Below are positions 18,667 through 27,650 of a stretch of 64,000 nucleotides of DNA, in pieces. A model generated the notes under the pieces. That model was not told where the DNA came from and made no database searches. It saw only the letters and a list, made by a program, of their open reading frames with translations. The stretch is from assembly GCA_963667175.2 (NCBI GenBank), contig CAXXXF010000015.1:32001-96000 (forward strand), written 5' to 3'. This DNA comes from Candidatus Latescibacterota bacterium. GTDB lineage: Bacteria > Latescibacterota > UBA2968 > GCA-2709665. Both the position numbers and the translations under genes were made by a program. The stretch's first letter is position 1. Every line of letters begins with the position of its first letter.

Positions 18667-19687
18667 CTTGAAGTAGATTGTGCAAGCTATCAGACAGGTC
18701 TTCAAGGGACTGGATTTGGTCAGATACCTCATCGCTTTCTTTGCTTTTTAGCGTGCGCACCTCGGAATACGGCAAATCATTGATACGTCGTGCTAGAATT
18801 GCAGAAAGTTGATATATAGAAATCGTGTCCAACTTCGTGTCATCGGCCGTTTCGGTTCGCTCTCGTTGTGTCTTCTTGTCTAGTATTGCTATTGCCTCCT
18901 CAATTGAGCGGGGGCCTCCATTTAGGAATTCATCCTTTGCCTCATCGTCGCGAAGTACACGTGGCAACTGCCGAACGTCGGCCAAGCGGTAGATCTTACC
19001 GTCGCGAATCCATTCGCCAAAATGCCTTAAATCCAATCCAGCATCAAATATGGCTTCTTTAATCTTTGGTTTCTGAAGTTCAACAAAACCACTAAACCTG
19101 TCAATATGGAAAGCCGTGTCATCCACTATATCCCGATAATACTCATTCATGTCCTGATAAGCGTCAATTTGACGCTCAATTTCAGTCTTATTTCCGCCGC
19201 ATAAAGCCACCATTTCATTGTAGTCCATGAATTCTTGGTTGCGCAGATAATGTAGATATCTTGCCTTCTCGTACGCTGGCCATTCCCTAGCACCTACCAA
19301 GTGTGCTGACACACGGATCATTTCGACATCGCGTTCGTTTACATCCTCAATGATAATTGCCTTAATGCTGGACCACGACCCTTTCATCCCCTCTCTCAAG
19401 AACTGTTTGTAGATCGCAAGTCGAGTGTTTCCATCGATACAGACATACCCGTCTTTCCCATGTATAACTGTGACCGGAGCCATTACACCTCCGCTGGCTC
19501 GAATCGCATCCCTTAGCTGGGTATATGACGAAGACCCGCTTTCGCCGTCTGTCGCCGACCTCAAAGCAAAGTGAATACGTTCAGCATTCAGCTGGTCCCC
19601 GTACTTTTCCAACGCCTTCTTGATTCGTGGGTTTTCTGTGTCGAACGAAATATCATCGACCTTTAGCCTGGTATAATTGTCTGTCAT
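18653..19687 (-). CDS. ParB/Srx-like N-terminal domain protein (paralogue 1)
   Basis: ENPRI, GGVMAPVTV, CIDGNTRLAI, HLVGAREWPAYEKA. Confidence 0.8.
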   Translation of the reverse strand: MTDNYTRLKVDDISFDTENPRIKKALEKYGDQLNAERIHFALRSATDGESGSSSYTQLRDAIRASGGVMAPVTVIHGKDGYVCIDGNTRLAIYKQFLREGMKGSWSSIKAIIIEDVNERDVEMIRVSAHLVGAREWPAYEKARYLHYLRNQEFMDYNEMVALCGGNKTEIERQIDAYQDMNEYYRDIVDDTAFHIDRFSGFVELQKPKIKEAIFDAGLDLRHFGEWIRDGKIYRLADVRQLPRVLRDDEAKDEFLNGGPRSIEEAIAILDKKTQRERTETADDTKLDTISIYQLSAILARRINDLPYSEVRTLKSKESDEVSDQIQSLEDLSDSLHNLLQDVSE

Positions 19688-19829
19688 TTTGTCCCCATTT
19701 ATAGAAAAAATCGATCAGTGCGCCGCCAATAATCACGCCCCACGACTCGAGCGATAATCCTTTGAGATGGATCGTGAGGGATTGGGGTCCTTGATTTGCG
19801 GCGTCAGTTTTGCATTTTCTCTCGCAAAA

Positions 19830-19857
19830 AGTATAAGCATCTTTCACACAATGTCAA
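19830..19857 (-). promoter_or_regulatory. Putative sigma70 promoter of the six-gene operon
   Basis: Minus strand TTGACA-N16-TATACT; perfect palindrome CAAGTGCACTTG at 19875..19886 just upstream. Confidence 0.55.
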
Positions 19858-20102
19858 CAATGGAGCGGACCTTGCAAGTGCACTTGTCAATTATTCCTGA
19901 ACCCCCAGAAGTCAACTCGAATAAGTTTTTCGAATTGAGCCTGCTGAGGTCTTCTAGAGAGTTATACAAGTGGATTCAGGCAGCCAGTTTACCCTCCATG
20001 TGGGTCGGGGTTTCGACGAGACTTTCCGACCCGCCTGCCTGACCCGCGGAACAAGCGAGTTCGTATACACCGTGGGCATGCGGTGAAATTCAGCGGATTC
20101 CC

Positions 20103-21254
20103 TCACGGCCACAGCGTATCGGCGGCAAGCAGGTTGGAAAAGTGTGAAAACGGGAGGACCTCGATACCGTCAGCGGTCCGCAATTCAGGCCCGTCGGGAT
20201 AAACGACAAGCCTGCGGCAAAGTCCCGGCAGCTCGGTCAGAACCCTTAGTCCCTTGCACCAGGATTCCGCGAACGCGCCGCCGGATTTGACTTCGATTGC
20301 CACGAATTCCCCGCCGCGCTTGAGCAGGAAGTCCACCTCGGTACCGGTCTGCGCCGCGGTCGACCAATAGAAGCACTCGTCGCAGACATGACGGTAGTCT
20401 GTATACGCCCGGATCAACTGGGCAATCAGGCCTTCGAATAGAGCGCCGCGCTCCTCCGGGGCGGGAGGCGTCGTGACCCGTTTCATCGCCCGTACGAGAC
20501 CGGGGTCGCACCAATACCACTTTGGCATTTTGCGTTCGCGCACGCGCAATCGGGTCTCGTATGCAGGAAGTTGAAAGCAGAGGAGTGTTTCTTCCAGGAT
20601 CTGCAGGTATCCCGTCACTGTCGTGCGCGCAACCTGAGCTTCTCTTGCGATGTTGGTCGCGTTGAAGGTCTGGCCGTGAAAGAGCGCCGCAACCGGGAGA
20701 AAGCGCGCGAATCCGGGAAGGTTCCGCACAAGTGCCTCTGCTTGTATCTCCTCTTTGAGATACATCTGCGTATAGGCAACCAGTGTCTCCGCCCTGTCAT
20801 CCGAATCCCATACGATGGGCAGCAGTCCATGTTGCAAGGCGTCGTCGAGCGCGAACCGTTCTCCCAACTCCTCGGGAGTAAAGGGATGCATCGCGCGATT
20901 CAGGGCGCGGCCCGCAAGGAGGTTGACACCTGCCCTTTTGAGTTTTCTTGCACTGGACCCGCACAATACAAAGCGCATTCGCTTTTCTTCGATAAACCGG
21001 TGTACCTCGTTAAGCAACGTCGGCAATCTCTGCATCTCGTCCAGAACCACCCACCGGTCATCCGGCACGGCGCGCAGCTCCGCGGCAAGGAGACCCGGAT
21101 TCGCAAGCAGGCGCTGGTACGTATCCTCGGCGAGCAGATTCACGACGTGCGCATCCGGAAATGCCGATCGCAGACAGGTGCTCTTTCCAACGCCGCGAGG
21201 TCCCAGGAGAAAGAAGCTCTTCCGGGGGGCGTCAAATATGCGTGGAATTGTCAT
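20103..21254 (-). CDS. AAA_14 ATPase with DUF4143 and C-terminal PD-(D/E)XK-like domain
   Basis: GPRGVGKST, LDEMQR, CGSSA, LAGRA, KWYWCDPG, EVDFL...IEVKS. Confidence 0.85.
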   Translation of the reverse strand: MTIPRIFDAPRKSFFLLGPRGVGKSTCLRSAFPDAHVVNLLAEDTYQRLLANPGLLAAELRAVPDDRWVVLDEMQRLPTLLNEVHRFIEEKRMRFVLCGSSARKLKRAGVNLLAGRALNRAMHPFTPEELGERFALDDALQHGLLPIVWDSDDRAETLVAYTQMYLKEEIQAEALVRNLPGFARFLPVAALFHGQTFNATNIAREAQVARTTVTGYLQILEETLLCFQLPAYETRLRVRERKMPKWYWCDPGLVRAMKRVTTPPAPEERGALFEGLIAQLIRAYTDYRHVCDECFYWSTAAQTGTEVDFLLKRGGEFVAIEVKSGGAFAESWCKGLRVLTELPGLCRRLVVYPDGPELRTADGIEVLPFSHFSNLLAADTLWP

Positions 21255-21306
21255 TTGACTATGTTGTCGTCATTTTTCGCAGTAATTTGACGATAATATA
21301 GTCAAA
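21254..21306. promoter_or_regulatory. 19-bp inverted repeat abutting the AAA_14 start codon
   Basis: TTTGACTATGTTGTCGTCA-N15-TGACGATAATATAGTCAAA (2 mismatches). Confidence 0.6.
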
Positions 21307-21685
21307 TTTCAAGAATCTGTCAAATCAGGACTTGACCTGCCCCAACGCCGTCTTGCCGGGTATGATCGCTTGATTCTAAAGGCGATTTCGGAAACTTGAA
21401 ACCTCTCCGCCCGGAGCGCGTCTAAGCGGATACAACCATGCTACATCCCTCCCGAAAGGCGTCGATCGTACCCAGTACGGCCGGCGCCTTTTCTGAGTGT
21501 ATCGACGAGGTGTCTGTCTGTGGAATCATCGCGATGGCTGGCGGCGATTTCATTCAAACGCGGGGAAAGTCCTGTTGCGCGCCCTTGCCGGCGCTCGTAT
21601 TTTATGCCTGTTCGAAGTGAGGGTTCCCGGCCTTTGGCAAGGGACGGACCGCGCTTTTCCAGAGGAATCAGTTGGGGAGAACCTT

Positions 21686-22603
21686 ATGCGCAGGATTGTG
21701 CTTCGGCAGGTCACGAAGACGTTCGACGGCGTACGGGCCGTGGACGGATTGGATCTCGACGTCGAGGCGGGCGAGGTATACGGTCTGCTGGGGCCCAACG
21801 GCGCCGGAAAGACCACCACGATTCGCACGGTCCTGGGGATTTACGCGCCGGATTCAGGGAGGATCGATTGTGACAACGGGGGAACGGGACTGTCGAAGGA
21901 CCGGGTAGGCTATCTGCCGGAAGAACGAGGGCTGTATCCCAAGATGCGGGTGATGGACCTGCTGGTATTCCTGGGGGAGATCAAGTCGCTCTCGCGCCCG
22001 GAAGCCGCGGGCCGCGCGGGAGAATGGCTGGAACGGATGGGCCTGTCGGAGTGGTCGAACCGGCGCGTGGATCAGCTTTCCAAGGGCATGCAGCAAAAGC
22101 TGCAATTCATCGCGACCATCATCCACGACCCGGACCTCCTGATTCTGGACGAGCCGTTCAGCGGCCTCGATCCGATCAATGTGGCCGTCCTGAAGGAGAT
22201 TATGCAGACCTTGACGAACGAAGGCAAGATTCTCATTTTTTCCACCCATCAAATGGAGGATGCAGAGGCGCTTTGCGACCGGATCTGCCTGATCAACCGC
22301 GGTCGTAAGGTGCTGGAAGGCACCGTACCCGAACTGAAGGCCCTTTACAAAAGAAACAGGCTGCGCATCGCTTTTGAGGGCAATGACGATTTTCTCGAGG
22401 ATACGAAGCTGGTCCGGCGTGCGGACCGTCGCGCGAATCACGTGGAGGTCGAACTCCAGACGGGCGCAGATCCCGGCGACCTGCTGAGACGGGCGCTATC
22501 CGGGGCCCGGATCCACCGGTTCGAAGTCTCGGAGCCGTCCCTCCGGGATATCTTTTTGATGGCTGTGGGCGGCGAAGATGCCGGGGAGAGCCGGAATGAA
22601 TAA
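21686..22603 (+). CDS. ABC transporter ATP-binding protein (NatA/YhaQ-like)
   Basis: GPNGAGKTT, GYLPEERGLY, LSKGMQQK, LDEPFSGLDP, STH. Confidence 0.9.
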   Translation: MRRIVLRQVTKTFDGVRAVDGLDLDVEAGEVYGLLGPNGAGKTTTIRTVLGIYAPDSGRIDCDNGGTGLSKDRVGYLPEERGLYPKMRVMDLLVFLGEIKSLSRPEAAGRAGEWLERMGLSEWSNRRVDQLSKGMQQKLQFIATIIHDPDLLILDEPFSGLDPINVAVLKEIMQTLTNEGKILIFSTHQMEDAEALCDRICLINRGRKVLEGTVPELKALYKRNRLRIAFEGNDDFLEDTKLVRRADRRANHVEVELQTGADPGDLLRRALSGARIHRFEVSEPSLRDIFLMAVGGEDAGESRNE

Positions 22604-23852
22604 GGTATTCAAGATCGTCCGACGGGAATTTGTCGAGATCGTCCGCAAGAAGAGTTTCCTGATCGGCCTGTTTCTTGTGCCGGTTTTCGTCGTGGCCAGT
22701 ATCCTCGTTCCCGTGCTTCTGGCGGGTGTCGACGTCGGCAAACAGAAACGCATCGCCGTTGTCGACCAGACCGGGATCCTGTACGGGCCGCTCGAAGCCC
22801 GCATGGACGAACGGCTTGAGGACGGCCGGCCGGAATACCTCTTGCAGGAAGTACGGCCCGGCGCCGACCTGGAAACCACGCGGCGACAGCTTACGTCCGA
22901 GATCAACGCCGAAAAACTGGACGCCTACCTTGTGGTGCCTCCCGACGTTTTCGAGAAGGGCGAGGCCGGGTTCTACGGGAAGAACGTGAGCGACATCCGG
23001 CAGGTCGGGCGATTGCGGAGCGCGTTGACTCACATTGTGGTTGCCCACAGGCTGGCGCAGCGGGGGCTGGACCCTCAAGAGGTGAGAAAATGGACCCGCA
23101 CGGTGCAGCTCCAGACATTGAAAATCGTCAAGGGGAAGGAGAAGAAGAGCGGGTTTGCCCGGGAATATTTCACTTCGTTCGCCTTTGCCATGTTGCTGTA
23201 CATGGTAACCATTCTGTATGGAATTATGGTCATGCGCGGCGTCCTTGAAGAGAAGTCCACCCGCATGGTGGAGGTGATGCTATCCTCGGTCGATCCCCTG
23301 CAGATGATGGCGGGAAAGATCCTGGGTATCGGCGCCGCCAGCCTGGTCCAGATCACGGTCTGGATCGGGGTGGGCCTGCTGGCCACGGCGTACGGCAGGA
23401 TGGCGTTCGGTCCGAATCTGCCCTTTGCGATCGAGACGGGCGTGGTGGTCTACTTCGGGATCTACTTCATTCTGGGTTATTTCCTGTACGCCACACTCTA
23501 CGCCATCATCGGCGCGATCTGCGACACCGAACAGGATGCGCAGCACCTGCAGATCCTCGTCATCGTGCCCATGATCCTTTCGCTGCTTGCCATGACGTTC
23601 ATCACCCGGCAGCCCAACGCCGTCCCGTCGGTGGTGATGTCACTGGTTCCGTTCTTTGCGCCCATGATCATGATTGTGCGGGTGAACGTCCTCACCCCTC
23701 CTCTGATCGAAATCGCGGCGTCGGTACTGATTCTGATCGGGACGATTGCAGGGGTGACGTGGGCGGCCGCACGGATCTACCGGGTGGGGATCCTGATGCG
23801 GGGCAAGCGGGCCACGCTGTCGGAGATGGTCCGGTGGGTTCGACACGGATAG
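22596..23852 (+). CDS. ABC-2 transporter permease (NatB/YhaP-like)
   Basis: RREF N-terminus, IAVVDQTG, EEKSTRMVEVMLSSV, GKILG, multiple TM helices. Confidence 0.9.
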   Translation: MNKVFKIVRREFVEIVRKKSFLIGLFLVPVFVVASILVPVLLAGVDVGKQKRIAVVDQTGILYGPLEARMDERLEDGRPEYLLQEVRPGADLETTRRQLTSEINAEKLDAYLVVPPDVFEKGEAGFYGKNVSDIRQVGRLRSALTHIVVAHRLAQRGLDPQEVRKWTRTVQLQTLKIVKGKEKKSGFAREYFTSFAFAMLLYMVTILYGIMVMRGVLEEKSTRMVEVMLSSVDPLQMMAGKILGIGAASLVQITVWIGVGLLATAYGRMAFGPNLPFAIETGVVVYFGIYFILGYFLYATLYAIIGAICDTEQDAQHLQILVIVPMILSLLAMTFITRQPNAVPSVVMSLVPFFAPMIMIVRVNVLTPPLIEIAASVLILIGTIAGVTWAAARIYRVGILMRGKRATLSEMVRWVRHG

Positions 23853-23886
23853 GACCGGCCGGCGGCCTTGAACTACGGGTGGAGCC

Positions 23887-24651
23887 ATGACAAACCTGAT
23901 TGCGTGCAACCTGAACAGCTATCGACGATATCGCGACGGCGCGTTCGAACATCTCGCCCGGATCGGCCTGACCAACGTGGAGATTCCATGCCCCGAACCC
24001 GAGGAGAGGGTTGCCGTGCAACGTGAGCTCGACCGGTTCGGAATGCGTCCATCAAGCCTCATCATCCGCTGCGAGATGCACGCCGACGACGCGGTCCCGA
24101 GGTTCGCGCACGCCCTGAATACCGTCGCGGAGATGGGGGTCGGCCTGGTGTTCACGAGCATGAAGACCGGAGGCATAGACCGGGATTTCGTGTACGGGAG
24201 ACTACAGGACATCGGCGATGCCGCGGCCGAACGGGGGATTGTCGTGGCCATGGAAACGCATCCGGACCTGGTCACGAATGCCGACGTCGCGCTGGAGACG
24301 ATGAGGAGTGTGGACCATCCCAATATCCGGGTCAATTTCGATACGGCAAACGTGCACTATTACAATGAAGGCGTGGATTCGGTCGACCAGTTTCGAAAGA
24401 TTGCCCACGCGGTGGCCGGCGTGCATCTGAAGGACACGAACGGCGGATATCAGACATGGCATTTTCCCGCCCTCGGAGAGGGGATCGTGGATTTCCCCTC
24501 TATTTTCGAGATATTCGCGGGTCACGGCCGCAACGGCCCTTACACGCTCGAAGTGGAGGGGATCAGCGGCGAGTCGCTGACGCGGCAGGACGTGGAACGA
24601 CGGATCGAGCAGTCGCTGGACTACCTTCGCGACCACGGGCTGGCGGACTGA
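23887..24651 (+). CDS. Sugar phosphate isomerase/epimerase (TIM barrel)
   Basis: METH, NFDTAN, HLKD, LGEGIVDF, LEVE metal-binding motifs. Confidence 0.85.
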   Translation: MTNLIACNLNSYRRYRDGAFEHLARIGLTNVEIPCPEPEERVAVQRELDRFGMRPSSLIIRCEMHADDAVPRFAHALNTVAEMGVGLVFTSMKTGGIDRDFVYGRLQDIGDAAAERGIVVAMETHPDLVTNADVALETMRSVDHPNIRVNFDTANVHYYNEGVDSVDQFRKIAHAVAGVHLKDTNGGYQTWHFPALGEGIVDFPSIFEIFAGHGRNGPYTLEVEGISGESLTRQDVERRIEQSLDYLRDHGLAD

Positions 24652-25616
24652 TGATTCTTGCGGTCGACATCGGCGGCACCCGTTTTCGTCTGGCGTTGGG
24701 GACTTCCGACGGGCGCATTCTGAAGCAGAAGACCGGCGCCACCGATCGCTCCGGCGGCGCCCGATGGATGATTGATCGTATCCTCGAAGAGGGGCGCCGG
24801 CTGCTTGCGTCATCCCCGGAAACTGTGACCGCGTGCGGAATCAGTTTCGGCGGCCCCGTGAATTTTGAAACGCAGCGGATCGTCAATTCAACCCATGTGG
24901 CGGGTTGGGACAACGTGGCCATTCCGGAGGCGATTCAAGGGAGTCTGGGAGTACCGGCCATCGTGGACAACGACGCCAACGTGGGCGCGCTGGGCGAACT
25001 CAGGTTTGGAGCGGGCAAAGGCTGCCGCCACCTCGTCTACTACAATATAGGGACGGGAATCGGCGCCGGGATCATCATCGACCGGCAGATCTACAGGGGC
25101 GCCAACGGCAACGCGGGTGAACTCGGGCACGTTCCGGTCCTTCCCGACGGGCCGCTCTGCGATTGCGGCAATCGCGGGTGCCTCGAAGCGCTGTGTTCCG
25201 GCACGGCGATCGGGCGCCGCGGTGAAGAGGCCGTACGTGGGCCGCCTCGGAGAGCCGGCGGGATCCGGCAGGCGTCCGAAGGTCCGATTACGGCCAAAGC
25301 GGTCTTCGACGCCGCGCGAACGGGCGACGGGCTGGCCCTGGAGCTTGTGAACGAGACCTGCCGGTATCTGGGCATGGGTGTGGCGGCCGCGATGAATGCG
25401 CTCGCGCCCGAAGCCATCGTGATTGGCGGCAGCGTGGCCAAAGCGGGCAGGGTGCTCCTGGAACCGTTGCGCGAACAGGCGGATCGGTTTCTGATGCCCG
25501 TGCACCGCCCCCATCTGAGAATTCTTCCTGCGCGGCTGAAAGACAATTCGGGTCTGCTTGGCGCGGTCGCCCTGACCGAGGCATTGAAACGCGGTCACTC
25601 GACGACGAACCCATGA
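24651..25616 (+). CDS. ROK family sugar kinase
   Basis: AVDIGGT, DNDAN, GTGIGAG, GELGH, CDCGNRGCLE. Confidence 0.9.
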   Translation: MILAVDIGGTRFRLALGTSDGRILKQKTGATDRSGGARWMIDRILEEGRRLLASSPETVTACGISFGGPVNFETQRIVNSTHVAGWDNVAIPEAIQGSLGVPAIVDNDANVGALGELRFGAGKGCRHLVYYNIGTGIGAGIIIDRQIYRGANGNAGELGHVPVLPDGPLCDCGNRGCLEALCSGTAIGRRGEEAVRGPPRRAGGIRQASEGPITAKAVFDAARTGDGLALELVNETCRYLGMGVAAAMNALAPEAIVIGGSVAKAGRVLLEPLREQADRFLMPVHRPHLRILPARLKDNSGLLGAVALTEALKRGHSTTNP

Positions 25617-26272
25617 ATTGCAACGCGGTACCGGAAAACACAAACGGATTGGCATACGATCCCGGAGAAGCGGTTGCGGCGCTATCGAGGGTGGACCCGG
25701 CCCTGGGACGATTGATGGAACGCGCCGGCCCCTGCCTGCTGGAAGCGCGGGCGCCGTACTCTCCGTTTCGGGCGTTGATGCGCTCGATTGTCTACCAGCA
25801 GCTTTCCGGGAAGGCCGCCGGGACGATCTACGGCCGGGTTCTGGATCTGTTTCCTGAATGCACGCATCCTGAGCCGGAACAGGTGCTGGCGTTATCCGAC
25901 GAAGCGTTTCGCGGCGCAGGGATGTCCCGAGCCAAGGTGGCGGCCATAAAAGACCTTGCCGAAAAGACGCTCGAGGGCGAGGTCCCGCCCGGGCGGCGGC
26001 TGAACCGGATGCCCGACGACGAGATCATCAAGCGCTTCACGCGTGTCCGGGGGGTGGGCGAATGGACCGTGCAGATGATGCTGATATTCGATCTGGGCCG
26101 GGCGGACGTGCTGCCGGTCAAGGACCTGGGCGTGAGGAAGGGGTTTATGCTCACCTATGGGTCGAGCGGGCTGCCCGAACCTGCGGATCTGCTGGATCAC
26201 GGTGAAATCTGGCGTCCGTACCGGTCGGTGGCGAGCTGGTACCTCTGGCGGGCCGTGGAACTGTATGGATGA
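25613..26272 (+). CDS. alkA: DNA-3-methyladenine glycosylase II (HhH-GPD)
   Basis: IVYQQLSGKAA, VRGVGEWT, DVLPVKDLG, WRPYRSVASWYLW. Confidence 0.85.
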   Translation: MNCNAVPENTNGLAYDPGEAVAALSRVDPALGRLMERAGPCLLEARAPYSPFRALMRSIVYQQLSGKAAGTIYGRVLDLFPECTHPEPEQVLALSDEAFRGAGMSRAKVAAIKDLAEKTLEGEVPPGRRLNRMPDDEIIKRFTRVRGVGEWTVQMMLIFDLGRADVLPVKDLGVRKGFMLTYGSSGLPEPADLLDHGEIWRPYRSVASWYLWRAVELYG

Positions 26273-26380
26273 GGAATCCTGCGGAGACGGACCCCTATCG
26301 AGCGGCATACGTCCTGCGGCCGATTGCCGAACGATCGCCCTGGACGTTGCGCCGGCAGTCGAACCTGGAGAGGAAATTTC

Positions 26381-27424
26381 ATGTCTGGCAGAACCTATCG
26401 TGCCGGGATCGTGGGCCTGGGCTTTATTGGCGGCGCGGATCAGGTTTCGGGCGACGCAATCGGGCAATTCGTAAGCGACCTGGACGGTACCCACGTCGAT
26501 GCGTTGAGCGGACATCCGCGGGTCGTGATCGGGTCCGGGGCCAGCCGGGACAGCGGACGGAGGGAGCGGTTTCACGCCCGAACGGGCGTACCGACCTACG
26601 CCGACTGGCGGGAAATGCTGGCAGAGGAATCACTCGACGTCGTAAGCGTCGCGACCTATGCGCCATTTCATGTCGACGTCACGGTCGCCTGCGCGCAACA
26701 AGGGGTGCGAGCCGTCTATTGCGAAAAACCCGTCGCGACCCGTGCATCGGACGCGGAGCGGATGCGCAGCGCATGCGATGACGCCGGAACGCTCCTCGTC
26801 GTGAACCACAACCGCCGTTTTCAGGCCAACGCGCGGCGTCTGCGCGACCTCGTGGTCGAAGGCGCATTGGGCAACCTGACGTCGGCAACCGTGCAATGGG
26901 GCTCGGGGCGGCTTGGCAACGTCGGAACGCATATGATCGATACGATCCAGATGTTGACGGGACGGGCCGTCGAGGCGGTCTCGGGCACGCTGGATCCGGC
27001 CGGGAAGCCGGATTGCCGCGGGCCACAGTTCCGCGACCCTGGCGGATGGGGCATGCTGCGTCTCGAGCGCGGACTGATCTGTACGGTCGACGCGGCGGAC
27101 GATGCGACGTTGCCGCCGAGGATCGCGGTCCACGGTACGGAAGGCTGCGCCGCGCTCGACGGCAGGGACGTGTTCCTGGAATTCCGGGACGGGCGGCGGG
27201 AGAACTGGCCCGATCCTCACGGTTCCCAATCGTCGATGGACGTGGCGGTGGGCGAGATCGTGGATTGGCTGGACGACGTAGCGCCCTTTCCCTATGCCGC
27301 TACGGAAGCTGCGCGGACGCTGGAGGCCATTGTGGGTTTTCACGTATCCCACTCCAGGAAGGCCGCGTGGGTCGGGTTGCCGTTGACGGGACCGGACCGG
27401 GAATACGAGGTCTTGAGCGGTTAG
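26381..27424 (+). CDS. Gfo/Idh/MocA family oxidoreductase
   Basis: IVGLGFIG, CEKP, NHNRRF, GTHMID. Confidence 0.88.
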   Translation: MSGRTYRAGIVGLGFIGGADQVSGDAIGQFVSDLDGTHVDALSGHPRVVIGSGASRDSGRRERFHARTGVPTYADWREMLAEESLDVVSVATYAPFHVDVTVACAQQGVRAVYCEKPVATRASDAERMRSACDDAGTLLVVNHNRRFQANARRLRDLVVEGALGNLTSATVQWGSGRLGNVGTHMIDTIQMLTGRAVEAVSGTLDPAGKPDCRGPQFRDPGGWGMLRLERGLICTVDAADDATLPPRIAVHGTEGCAALDGRDVFLEFRDGRRENWPDPHGSQSSMDVAVGEIVDWLDDVAPFPYAATEAARTLEAIVGFHVSHSRKAAWVGLPLTGPDREYEVLSG

Positions 27425-27637
27425 CAGTCCGTTGGAAACGTCGCTCTGCAGGCGAGGCCGAGTCATTGTGGCCGAAGACAAGACGCGCCTGTCTGCGTGC
27501 GGACACGCACAGGCAGGCGACCGACGCGAATCCCTGGATTCGGGGAGGGAGCGCCTGCCTGCCGCAGGCAGGCAACGAAGTATTTCGGTCACAAGGGCCG
27601 GACGCAGTCCGGATGGACTTTATCAACGGGCTGTTAG
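27421..27637. mobile_element. MITE-like non-coding element, copy A
   Basis: Imperfect terminal inverted repeats TTAGCAGTCCGTTGG / TCAACGGGCTGTTAG; related copy at 51295..51564. Confidence 0.6.
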
Positions 27638-27650
27638 GCAGTGAACCCGG

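Larger units (their letters stand above)
10401..20000. mobile_element. AT-richer genomic (defence) island downstream of tRNA-Leu; boundaries approximate
   Basis: Visible drop in GC and change in codon usage relative to the flanks; defence-type gene content; no integrase or att repeat seen. Confidence 0.65.

Noticed and set aside
15736-19687. Plasmid or chromosome partition locus
   Set aside because: There is no parA or replication gene, and the ParB-like genes are interleaved with nuclease, helicase and radical SAM genes.
10401-20000. Prophage or ICE
   Set aside because: No integrase, structural, relaxase or conjugation genes, and no att repeat found by eye.
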